Assembly: GCA_963667035.1 (NCBI GenBank) | Contig: OY762964.1 | Coordinates: 1,024,001 to 1,088,000 of the forward strand | Direction of reading: 5' to 3' | Origin: Candidatus Cloacimonadales bacterium | GTDB lineage: Bacteria > Cloacimonadota > Cloacimonadia > Cloacimonadales > JAFGVF01 | Length of the DNA stretch: 64,000 nt | Shown: one piece after another, positions 29,204 to 38,238 of the stretch | Numbering within the stretch: the first letter of the stretch is position 1 | Layout: every line of letters begins with the position of its first letter | Position numbers and translations under genes: made by a program | The notes under the pieces: model-generated | The model's input: the letters and a program-made list of their open reading frames with translations, nothing else | Told to the model about the DNA's origin: nothing | Database searches by the model: none

Positions 29204-30607
29204 ATGTCTATCATTCTTATAATACCTGTAATATTCGTTATTTTGGCCTGGTGGAAACGTAATCCGATTTTGAACAATGCTTTAATGATATTGCATGCAA
29301 TCATACATATTGTTATGGTTCCTGTTTTGTACTTTATTCAGGATTCTCCTTTTAATGTTCCCTATTTTACGGTTGATTCTCTTGGAATCTTCTTCTATTT
29401 GATTTTAGCCGTATTATATCTTATTACTACTCTATATGGGGTAGGATTCATGAAGCACCCGGGAAGAACTCATAGTACTCTTACTGCAACAAGTATAATG
29501 ATGTTCATCTTTTCGATGGATGGAGCTCTTTTTGCTGATAACTTAGGCTTGTTATGGGTGTTTATTGAAGCAACCACATTAGCCTCGGCACTACTAATTA
29601 ACTATGATCAAAATCGTCATTCTCTAGAAGCTTCTTGGAAATATATCTTCATTTGTTCTATCGGTATAGCATTGGCATTCGTTGGAATATTACTCCTTTT
29701 TGTGGCAATGCCATCGGATTCTTCTCTTACATTCTCATGGATGATTGCACATGCAAATGAGTTATCTCCATTCTGGTTGAAGATTTCTTTTGTGTTTCTA
29801 CTTATTGGATTTGGTACCAAGTTAGGTCTTGCTCCAGTTCATGCTTGGTTACCGGATGCTCACTCTGAAGCTCCGGCTCCGGTATCAGCATTATTATCGG
29901 GTGCGTTATTAAATACTGCATTGGTGCCTATTCTCAGAATGATGCCGATAATGCAAATCGCACAGATTATGCCTATGGTAAGAACACTTCTTTTATTAAT
30001 GGGATTTTTATCCGTATTTATTGCTGCTGTTTTTATTGTACGCATACATAACTATAAACGTTTACTAGCATATTCTTCAATTGAAAACATGGGTATAGTA
30101 GCTATTGCTCTAGGTACCGGTGGCATAGCTCTGAATGCTATGTTTATGCATTTGCTGGGTCACTCACTGATTAAAGGAGCGTTCTTTTTGATCACAGGAA
30201 ATGTTTTAGCACTATACGGTACAAAGGATTCTGGAGAAGTAAAAGGTCTTCTTGAGAGAAACAGTAAAACAGGCTGGTTGTGGCTAACAGCTTTTTTGAT
30301 GCTATCGGCATTACCTCCTTCACCTTTATTCTTTAGCGAGTTTAAGTTAGCTCTTGGAATGATTGGCTCCGGACATGGTTGGTTACTCGCTTTGCTATTA
30401 CTTCTGCTTACATTTGTAGTTTATGGAATGGCAAAAGTAAGCTTAAGTATTACTATGGGTAAAGATGAATCAGATAAAAAGGTAATACTACCTGCTTATC
30501 AATGGATTTTACCAACAATACTACTTATCTTGGGAGTTACCGTTCTTATGATTCCTGGATTTATTCAGAATTTGATTGAGGAATCAATTAAGATTGTTAA
30601 CGGATAA
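29204..30607 (+). CDS. HyfF-like antiporter-type membrane subunit
   Basis: WVFIEATTLAS, LEASWKY, GTKLGLAPVHAWLPDAHSEAP, KRLLAYSSIENMG. Confidence 0.9.
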   Translation: MSIILIIPVIFVILAWWKRNPILNNALMILHAIIHIVMVPVLYFIQDSPFNVPYFTVDSLGIFFYLILAVLYLITTLYGVGFMKHPGRTHSTLTATSIMMFIFSMDGALFADNLGLLWVFIEATTLASALLINYDQNRHSLEASWKYIFICSIGIALAFVGILLLFVAMPSDSSLTFSWMIAHANELSPFWLKISFVFLLIGFGTKLGLAPVHAWLPDAHSEAPAPVSALLSGALLNTALVPILRMMPIMQIAQIMPMVRTLLLLMGFLSVFIAAVFIVRIHNYKRLLAYSSIENMGIVAIALGTGGIALNAMFMHLLGHSLIKGAFFLITGNVLALYGTKDSGEVKGLLERNSKTGWLWLTAFLMLSALPPSPLFFSEFKLALGMIGSGHGWLLALLLLLLTFVVYGMAKVSLSITMGKDESDKKVILPAYQWILPTILLILGVTVLMIPGFIQNLIEESIKIVNG

Positions 30608-30834
30608 ATACTGATTTGCTTGATAATTGTAAGTTGACACCCTTCTTTCGATTTGCAAAAACGCCGCCTGAGAAACCGAAGTGAAAAAACGTAAAAACGC
30701 TACCTACTTCGCATAGTTGAAAACACGAAACTGCATCGTCATCTCGCCGATGATCTGGAAACGGCATAGCCGAAATCCTCGACTCCGGACAGTTCGGAGT
30801 CGCCAACGGTATTAGTCGTGCACCAGGTTACACA

Positions 30835-31810
30835 TCAGTCCAAAGATTCTTCAAATTCAACCACAATCGTATTGAGGTAAGCCCTCAGATCGGACATCCA
30901 CTTCGGCTCGCTTTCATATGATTCCGATGTAGACCAAAGACAACGAGTGTAACGAATCAAGTTCCCATAACGATGAAAAAGCGATCCTTCGGCAAGCAAG
31001 TCTTCCTTCAGGCTACTCACTTGCAGGTATCCCTTCAGAAAGCTCTCACGGGCAATTTGTTTATATTGATCGGGTAACTCGTCTACCATGTTGTTAATGG
31101 TAACGATTACATCCATTACATACCAGTGATAGACCGTATCGTCGAAATCAATTACCGAAAACTCACCTTGCTCTTCGGAATAGAAAACATTGTCCAGTTC
31201 ATAGTCATAGTGGATCAAACCATACGTCTCAGGTGTATCCGATAACCGATTGAGACCCGCGCGAAGTTGAACAAGCTCATCGAATACCTTGTCAGGAGCA
31301 TGGCATTCTCGCAAAACCGATTCAACCTTGGATAACTGCTTTTTCCAGCTCGGACGTAAAGGTTCTGACGGATGATAAGCTCGACTGAGATTATGCAATT
31401 TGCCCAGAGTCTGTCCGTATCCCGTGAACAGACTATCGGAATATTCAAGGCTCTCCATTTTTTTTCCCGGCAATACGCTTGAATACAACCGCAATAAATC
31501 GCCCCCAATCTGTATTAATAACCAGCAATTCCGAACCATTTTTCGTTGGAACTATTTCTGGTACCGAAAAACAACGTTCGCGGAGGTAAGCGAGGAAATT
31601 CAATTCGGCTTGAACGGATTCTACCTCCTTTTCTTCCACTGGTGCAAAACGCAAGAAACAGATTTCCCCAAATCGATAAAACGGGTACACTGCATTGGCC
31701 GATATACGGAACTGGTCAAGAATGGAAATAGCATCTTCATCATATTGCCAGTGTGAAAGTAAACTCAATACCAAGGGCCTGTTGTCCACAAGATTTTTCA
31801 ATTTCATCAT
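30835..31810 (-). pseudogene. APH/homoserine-kinase-type phosphotransferase split by a frameshift in an A8 run
   Basis: The N-half (RISANAVY...FLRFAP...AELNFLAYL...PEIVPT) starts at ATG 31810 after GGAG. The C-half (LGKLH, YGLIHYDYELDNV, VIDFDD) is in another frame. The junction reads GGG AAAAAAAA TGG at 31458-31465, and A7 would restore the frame. Confidence 0.82.
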
Positions 31811-32067
31811 AAGCAACTCCATTTCAATATTATTATTTGTAGCACTGTAATATAAGTCCATCCTGTCAAGTGCAAACAGCGAATTGCATCTATTACATCC
31901 CCCCACTTGGCAGAAGTTTACAGACGCTCGGTTTTCCACCCAAGCATCTACTGTCACTTCAAGAACTGGAATTAGGGAGAACATGCTATCACAAAATGGG
32001 AAATGAAGGTGTCACTTTACAATAATCAAAAAAACATACAGAACTTACCATATTTCAGATAAAAGAA

Positions 32068-32144
32068 TGGTCGGGATGACTGGATTTGAACCAGCGGCCT
32101 CTCGGTCCCGAACCGAACGCGCTACCAAACTGCGCTACATCCCG
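32068..32144 (-). tRNA. tRNA-Pro (anticodon CGG)
   Basis: CGGGATGTAGCGCAGTTTGGTAGCGCGTTCGGTTCGGGACCGAGAGGCCGCTGGTTCAAATCCAGTCATCCCGACCA; cloverleaf with encoded CCA. Confidence 0.96.
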
Positions 32145-32390
32145 ACTTAGGAATAGAAAGTTTTGCTTCGGTTAAGATGTCAAGCAAAATTGAAGACTAT
32201 AAATTCATTGATACAATAACAACAATTTGTAATGATAGGATATCAATAATCAATACCAAATTAAGAGATAACTCAAGAGTCTCTCTAAGGTTTATTGTTA
32301 TCAATGTTTCCCGGAAATGAGTTCATATTCACTTGACATGATGAGTTTAACCCAAAATTTGGTTAAAAACAAACATATTCTGGAGGATGA

Positions 32391-33308
32391 ATGGCTTTCA
32401 CTAAATTATCTCAGACATTCGACTTTTTAAAAGACAAACCCAAAAAGAAACTAGTTGCTGTCTATGCTAATGACTCTCATACAATTTGTGCAGTTAACAT
32501 GGCTGTTGATAAAGGAATTATTGACGGTATACTCTTAGGTAACAAAGAAACTATTGAGAAAGTGTGTAAAGAAGAAGGAGTAGATAGTAATAAATTTCAG
32601 ATTATTCATGAACCGAATCCAATCGAATGTGCTTTGAAAGCATGTGATATGATTAATGCAGGCGAAGGAGATTTGATAATGAAAGGTCTTCTTAGTACTG
32701 ATCAATATATGAGAGCTATTTTGAATAAAGAGCGTGGTTTAATGGAGAAGAAAGCAGTTCTTAGTCATGTAACGGTTTTTGAGATACCTAGTTATCATAA
32801 ATTACTTATTGCCGGTGATGTTGCTATTATTCCGGCACCGGACTTGAATCAAAAAATAGCTATTACTAATTACCTTATTAAAACTGCTCATGCACTTGGA
32901 ATTGAAAAACCAAAGGTAGGACTTCTTGCTGCTTCAGAGCAAACTCTTCCTAAAATGCAAGCTTGTGCCGATGCTGCAATAATTTCTAAAATGGCGGAAA
33001 GAGGACAGGTAAAAGGGGCTTACGTAGACGGTCCATTGGCATTTGATTTGATGGTCGATCCTGAATCTGTAAAAATTAAGAAGCTTGTAAGTCCTGTTGC
33101 CGGAGATGTTGATTGTGTTATGTTCCCAAATATTGAAAGTGGAAACGTATTCTATAAATCCGTAACAAGATTTGGCGGAGCATCGCTCGGTGCTCTTGTG
33201 GTTGGAGCTAAAGTTCCTGCTGTTTTATCTTCTCGTGGAGATACAACAGAAACAAAGATGTACTCTATTGCTTTAGGAGCAACTCTTGCTTTCTTAAACA
33301 ATAAGTAA
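32391..33308 (+). CDS. ptb: Phosphate butyryltransferase / phosphate acyltransferase (PTA_PTB family)
   Basis: LIMKGLLST, LSHV, VDGPLAFD, PVAGDVD, PNIESGNVFYK, VVGAKVPAVLSSRGD. Confidence 0.85.
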   Translation: MAFTKLSQTFDFLKDKPKKKLVAVYANDSHTICAVNMAVDKGIIDGILLGNKETIEKVCKEEGVDSNKFQIIHEPNPIECALKACDMINAGEGDLIMKGLLSTDQYMRAILNKERGLMEKKAVLSHVTVFEIPSYHKLLIAGDVAIIPAPDLNQKIAITNYLIKTAHALGIEKPKVGLLAASEQTLPKMQACADAAIISKMAERGQVKGAYVDGPLAFDLMVDPESVKIKKLVSPVAGDVDCVMFPNIESGNVFYKSVTRFGGASLGALVVGAKVPAVLSSRGDTTETKMYSIALGATLAFLNNK

Positions 33309-33360
33309 TAATACATATCCTAAATTGAGTTTAAGGCTACTGATAAATGTCAACAGTCTG

Positions 33361-33384
33361 AAGCCCCACAATTGTGGGGCTTTT
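33361..33384. terminator. Terminator between ptb and a convergent small ORF
   Basis: AAGCCCCACAATTGTGGGGCTTTT palindrome plus T run. Confidence 0.75.
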
Positions 33385-33403
33385 CTAATATAGTTTAAGA
33401 ATG

Positions 33404-33601
33404 TTATGGTATTTGCAAAAATATCCTTCGTCCCCATTTCCCAGTTTCAAGACCTGCTTTAAATACAAGCCCACCACCTAATGGAGTATGAGAGGCACTT
33501 TTTACAAACCAACCCAGCTTATCAGCAAAGGGTATGACACCAACTGCAACACCTGCGACATAAATGCCAGCAGCACAAAGTAATTTTTCCTTATTATTCA
33601 T
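33404..33601 (-). CDS. Small hypothetical Gly-rich hydrophobic protein (65 aa)
   Basis: Strong RBS AAAGGAGG before ATG at 33601; the ORF ends near the terminator. Confidence 0.5.
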   Translation of the reverse strand: MNNKEKLLCAAGIYVAGVAVGVIPFADKLGWFVKSASHTPLGGGLVFKAGLETGKWGRRIFLQIP

Positions 33602-33763
33602 AAAACCTCCTTTGTGAATTAAACAAATACACATTTAGATTAATTAATGATAAAGGCAATAAAAAAGTTATAAAATAGTTGGACAGATGCAGACAAGTCG
33701 GTTTGACGTATAGGGTAGTAAGAGGGAAAATACCTCCAGAATAGAAACATTCGGAGGTATAGA

Positions 33764-34069
33764 ATGGCTGAAGTTATTCCATTAACAGCTGAACGGATAG
33801 TCAACCTTACAGGTTTGAACGGTTCGTTGAAGAGTAATCCGTTATGGGTACCACACCACACTGCTGCAATTGCTGAGTTGGAGAGGTATCTCTATCCTGA
33901 ATATTACGATTATTTGGAGTCGGTAATAGCGAAACATACGAGGCTTACGAAGCTACTCTCGGTGAAATGGCAGCCGCTAAATGTTTTCAATTTTGCAAGA
34001 GAACTGGGATTTAGTTTTTCATTTTGTATTTCTAAGCTGATTTCATTGAAAATATTAAGAGAAAGTTAA
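33764..34069 (+). CDS. Hypothetical protein (possibly a truncated remnant)
   Basis: GGAGGT RBS before ATG; 101 aa; no motif recognised. Confidence 0.4.
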   Translation: MAEVIPLTAERIVNLTGLNGSLKSNPLWVPHHTAAIAELERYLYPEYYDYLESVIAKHTRLTKLLSVKWQPLNVFNFARELGFSFSFCISKLISLKILRES

Positions 34070-34288
34070 GATGAACTCAAAATAAAACACTACATAGCAA
34101 ATAAACATAACCATCATAAAACATGTCAATTAAGCATAAACAGCAGTAATGAGTAATGCACCATAATTCCGTTTTCGAAAAAAGATAGTCAAATTCCCGA
34201 TTTATTCTTGACAGTGTAGGTAATAAAAGGCAAGTTTGAAACAGATTTAGGCAATAAATTTCAAAAAAAGGCAAAAAGTGAGGAAGAA

Positions 34289-34732
34289 TTGAATTATACG
34301 AGCTTCTACGGTCACTCGAAAAACAGTCTGAATAATAACAGAGTTGTTATACCCAAGGATTTCAAAAGTGCTCTTAGTGTTGCAGCTAAGCAGACATTTT
34401 TCATACTTCCGGGACAGGACAACCGTTGTTTGATGGTCTTTCCTGCTGATGTCTGGGAAGAGATAATCTCTGGTATGGCAGAGAGCGATGACAAAGATTC
34501 GAAGCGTAGAATGAAGCACATGTTAATGATGGCCTCTAAAGAGAAACTGGAAGGGAATGCCGGTAGAGTAAGATTACCCGAGACTCTGATGGATAAGGTT
34601 GGAATAACAGGAAGTAAGGTTCATTTCTTTGGTGAAGGTAGATACTTCACAATTTATGGGGAAGAGGAAGGAGATAAGAAGTTCCTCGAGGTCTTTAACA
34701 GTATTAGCGAAATAGATTTTGATGAGTTTTAA
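34289..34732 (+). CDS. mraZ: Transcriptional regulator MraZ
   Basis: NRVVIPKDFK and GRVRLPETL duplicated AbrB-like folds; first gene of the dcw cluster; TTG start. Confidence 0.85.
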   Translation: MNYTSFYGHSKNSLNNNRVVIPKDFKSALSVAAKQTFFILPGQDNRCLMVFPADVWEEIISGMAESDDKDSKRRMKHMLMMASKEKLEGNAGRVRLPETLMDKVGITGSKVHFFGEGRYFTIYGEEEGDKKFLEVFNSISEIDFDEF

Positions 34733-34734
34733 TT

Positions 34735-35682
34735 ATGTATCATACTAGCGTACTCTTAGATGAATCTGTGCAATCTCTTCAAATAAAGCCAAAAGGTATC
34801 TATGTTGATGGGACTCTCGGATCAGGCGGACACGCAAAGGCTATCCTGGAATCTGAGCCTACAATCAAGTTATTCGGATTTGACCAGGATCAAGAAGCTA
34901 TAGATTATGCTACTAATAGACTCAGTGCTTATGCTGACAGAATAACAATCATAAAAGATAATTTTGCAAACATACGAACTCAGCTTGCGTGGCATAAAGT
35001 GAGTTCTATTGACGGTATACTGTTGGATTTAGGTGTATCATCCAGACAATTTGATTCAGGAGAGCGAGGATTCAGTTTTCAAGAGAATTATCCACTTGAT
35101 ATGAGAATGGATAGGCAAACGGATTATACTGCAAAAGAAGCATTAAATGAACTATCTCTTGAAGAACTAACAACCATCATCCGAGAATATGGAGAAGAAA
35201 AACAAGCATATAAGATAGCTAAGGCAATAATCGAAAGACGGTTGGACAAGCCATTTGAGACGACAAGAGAGTTATCGGATATCATAGAAAAAGTGGTTAA
35301 AGGTAATCCAAAGTTTATTATAAAAAGCAAAGCCAGAGTTTTTCAAGCTATTAGAATCCATGTAAATAACGAACTTGGAGTATTAACTAAGGTTATGGAG
35401 GATGCCTTAAACATCCTTAACCCGGGTGGGGTTATGTCAATAATCACATTCCACAGCTTAGAAGACAGATTGGTAAAGGATTTCTTTAAGTTACAGGAAA
35501 AGGACTGTATTTGTCCTCCTAACTTTCCTAAATGTGTATGTGATAAATATTCCCGGCTGAAGATTCTTGGTAAGAAGCCTATAGTTGCATGTGAACAGGA
35601 GATTCGTGAAAACAGTCGCTCCAGATCTGCTAAACTTAGAGTAGCAGTTAAGACAAGATGGGGGAATGGTGAACAGAATTAG
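34735..35682 (+). CDS. rsmH: 16S rRNA m4C1402 methyltransferase RsmH
   Basis: YVDGTLGSGGH, DLGVSS, PLDMRMD, FHSLEDR, RSRSAKLR. Confidence 0.97.
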   Translation: MYHTSVLLDESVQSLQIKPKGIYVDGTLGSGGHAKAILESEPTIKLFGFDQDQEAIDYATNRLSAYADRITIIKDNFANIRTQLAWHKVSSIDGILLDLGVSSRQFDSGERGFSFQENYPLDMRMDRQTDYTAKEALNELSLEELTTIIREYGEEKQAYKIAKAIIERRLDKPFETTRELSDIIEKVVKGNPKFIIKSKARVFQAIRIHVNNELGVLTKVMEDALNILNPGGVMSIITFHSLEDRLVKDFFKLQEKDCICPPNFPKCVCDKYSRLKILGKKPIVACEQEIRENSRSRSAKLRVAVKTRWGNGEQN

Positions 35683-36007
35683 TATAATCTTTTTAATCCT
35701 TTTCCTTGCCTTTGTTGTACACTTTGTATTTGTTTCAATAGTGACTAGAAGTGGAAGAATGAATACCAAACTTAGTAATGAGCTTGTAGCCGCAAAAAGT
35801 CTTAATGAAACTTTGAAGAAAGAGTATAATAGTCTAACTTCCAGAGAAAGAGTAGAAACAATTGCAGAAAACAAGCTAGGAATGATTAAAAGTGAGTTTT
35901 TAAAAGATAATCTTGATTTCGTATTATGGGAGGAAACCAGAAAGGGATGGACTGTTGAGTTTCTAGGCACTATCACAAACAATGTTTTAGCTGCAGATAG
36001 GCAATGA
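35666..36007 (+). CDS. ftsL: Cell division protein FtsL-like
   Basis: Single TM plus coiled coil with ERVETIAENKLGM; lies between rsmH and the PBP gene. Confidence 0.75.
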   Translation: MVNRISIIFLILFLAFVVHFVFVSIVTRSGRMNTKLSNELVAAKSLNETLKKEYNSLTSRERVETIAENKLGMIKSEFLKDNLDFVLWEETRKGWTVEFLGTITNNVLAADRQ

Positions 36008-38238
36008 ATAATACTCGGATAAAATCACTTCTGGTTGTAACAACAGGAATAGGAATCTTTTGGATTATAAGTCTATTCCTTATTCAAGTACTTGATGTAA
36101 ACAATTTTAAAGATAAAGCTTCCAGACAATATGTTCCGGGTAGAGAAGTTATACTTCCTCAACGTGGAGCAATTTATGACAGAAATGGGGAGTTATTAGT
36201 CAGCACTCAAAAGAACTATTCAATGGAAATTGATTTGGTAGCTATTAAAGAGTATGCAAAATACTATTCCACAGAAACAGATAAAATTGACGTAAATGAT
36301 ATTAAAAAGAATATTGCTAAGATTATATCTTCATATATAGATTTGAACTATAATGAGGTTATTCATAAACTTAATCCCAGTACCAATAGAAGATGTGTTC
36401 CAATCAGTGACAAGATATCAGAGCTTGCTATCAAGCAAATCAAAGAGGATTTTAGAAAAGAGAAGTATAGGTTTCACATTATTAACTTCAATTCTTTTAA
36501 AAGAGTATATCAAAAGGGAGCTTTGGCAGCTAGACTTTTAGGAGCAGTCACAAGTGACATTGATGAAGACTTGAGAATTAGAAATCCTGAAAAAACACTT
36601 TATGAACTTAAGGGAATATGCGGTATTGAAAAGAGCTTTAACGATGTCTTAAGTGGTGTACATGGTTGGCAGGATGCAATATATGAAGCTAACACTAGAA
36701 TTCCTATAGCTTATGAAGGATTAAAATCTAAACCTGCTGTAGATGGTAAAGATATTTATCTTACTATTGATTCCGATATTCAGGAGATAGTCAGTAATGT
36801 CCTTGAATCAGGTTTAAAGAAAACCAATGCCAAGAATGCAGTTGGAATTGTGATGAGTGCGGAAACAGGAGAAATATATGCTATGAGTAGCATAAACAGC
36901 GAAGATAAAGTCAGGGATATTAATAAACTGAGAACTTTACCTAATCTCTGCGTCAGCTTCCTCTATGAACCCGGTTCTACAATGAAACCTGTTACTGCGG
37001 CAGCAGCTTTACAATATAACACAATCTCTATAGACGATACAGTTAACTGTCGCTCAAGAACAGAGTATTTTGGCAAAGGAAGAAACAAGAAAAAGAGAAT
37101 AATTGATGATGATGATCATGATTTTCATGATTTGTCTCTTAGAGATATTATTGCTAAGTCATCCAATCCGGGAATATCTCGAGTATCGGATAGGATTGAT
37201 GATATTAAATTATATAATATGTTTAGAGACTTTGGCTTTGGTCGAAAAACAGGAACAGATTTTAATGAAGAAGCAAAAGGTCTTATTCGACCCATTGATA
37301 AATGGACTAGTTACTCCAAACACTCTCTTTCATTCGGTCATGAAATAAGTGTAACTCCGTTGCAAGTGGCAACTGCATATGTTACTATCGCTAACGATGG
37401 GAAACCTTTAAAACCTTATATTCTAAGAGGTTTGAAAGAGGATAATGGTAGCATTGAATTCTCTAAATCAAGAGAAGGAGAGAGAATATTAAAGAAAAAT
37501 GTTGTCAAAGATGTACAATCAGCATTAGAAGCAGTTGTTGAGTACGGAACAGGTTCAAAGTTGAACTTGGACTATCTTAATCTAGCAGGAAAGACAGGTA
37601 CTGCAGAAAAGCTAGATCCGTTAACAAAAAGATATACAAACAAATATTTTGCTTCTTTCAGTGGCTATTTCCCAACTGATAACCCCAAATTTGTAGTATT
37701 CGTTATGTTTGATGAAGCATCATATTACTATAGAACAGGTTCATTATCTGCAGGAGTATCTGTTAATAAAATATCAAGAGGAATCCTTTCCTTACCAAGA
37801 TATCGTATAGCTGAAAAAGAAGTGATAAATGATATTGTGTTACGAAAAGTTCCGGATGTTAAAGGACTTAATGTTGAGCAAGCAAAAACAATCCTTACTC
37901 AGAACAAGATACTCTGTGAAATCAAAGAATTGAATAGAGAAGGAATAGTTACCGAACAGATACCTGAAGCCGGAGCAGAAGTAGGTCCGGGACAAAAAGT
38001 GATACTCGTTATAGATAATGTTGAAGTGAATAATGCAAATAATGAAAGTGGAAGTGAGAGTGATGAGATGATAAAAATGCCTGACCTGACGGGATTGACA
38101 TTGAGGAAAGCAATTCAAATCGCTCAAAATCATAATATAGGATTAGAAATAAGTGGAAAAGGTTTAGTGATAACCCAATCCATTGAATATGGAAAAGAGT
38201 TAAAAGCAGGCACTGTATGCAAAGTAAAATTACGGTAA
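36004..38238 (+). CDS. ftsI: Class B penicillin-binding protein FtsI with two PASTA domains
   Basis: RGAIYDRNG, EPGSTMK (SxxK), SSN (SxN), KTGT; C-terminal VPDVKG and MPDLTG PASTA repeats. Confidence 0.92.
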   Translation: MNNTRIKSLLVVTTGIGIFWIISLFLIQVLDVNNFKDKASRQYVPGREVILPQRGAIYDRNGELLVSTQKNYSMEIDLVAIKEYAKYYSTETDKIDVNDIKKNIAKIISSYIDLNYNEVIHKLNPSTNRRCVPISDKISELAIKQIKEDFRKEKYRFHIINFNSFKRVYQKGALAARLLGAVTSDIDEDLRIRNPEKTLYELKGICGIEKSFNDVLSGVHGWQDAIYEANTRIPIAYEGLKSKPAVDGKDIYLTIDSDIQEIVSNVLESGLKKTNAKNAVGIVMSAETGEIYAMSSINSEDKVRDINKLRTLPNLCVSFLYEPGSTMKPVTAAAALQYNTISIDDTVNCRSRTEYFGKGRNKKKRIIDDDDHDFHDLSLRDIIAKSSNPGISRVSDRIDDIKLYNMFRDFGFGRKTGTDFNEEAKGLIRPIDKWTSYSKHSLSFGHEISVTPLQVATAYVTIANDGKPLKPYILRGLKEDNGSIEFSKSREGERILKKNVVKDVQSALEAVVEYGTGSKLNLDYLNLAGKTGTAEKLDPLTKRYTNKYFASFSGYFPTDNPKFVVFVMFDEASYYYRTGSLSAGVSVNKISRGILSLPRYRIAEKEVINDIVLRKVPDVKGLNVEQAKTILTQNKILCEIKELNREGIVTEQIPEAGAEVGPGQKVILVIDNVEVNNANNESGSESDEMIKMPDLTGLTLRKAIQIAQNHNIGLEISGKGLVITQSIEYGKELKAGTVCKVKLR

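Noticed and set aside
30610..30834. Possible integron attC site or 69-aa ORF downstream of the phosphotransferase
   Set aside because: I found no convincing paired RYYYAAC/GTTRRRY boxes and there is no integrase in the window. Only a short hairpin (GACTCCG...CGGAGTC) is evident.
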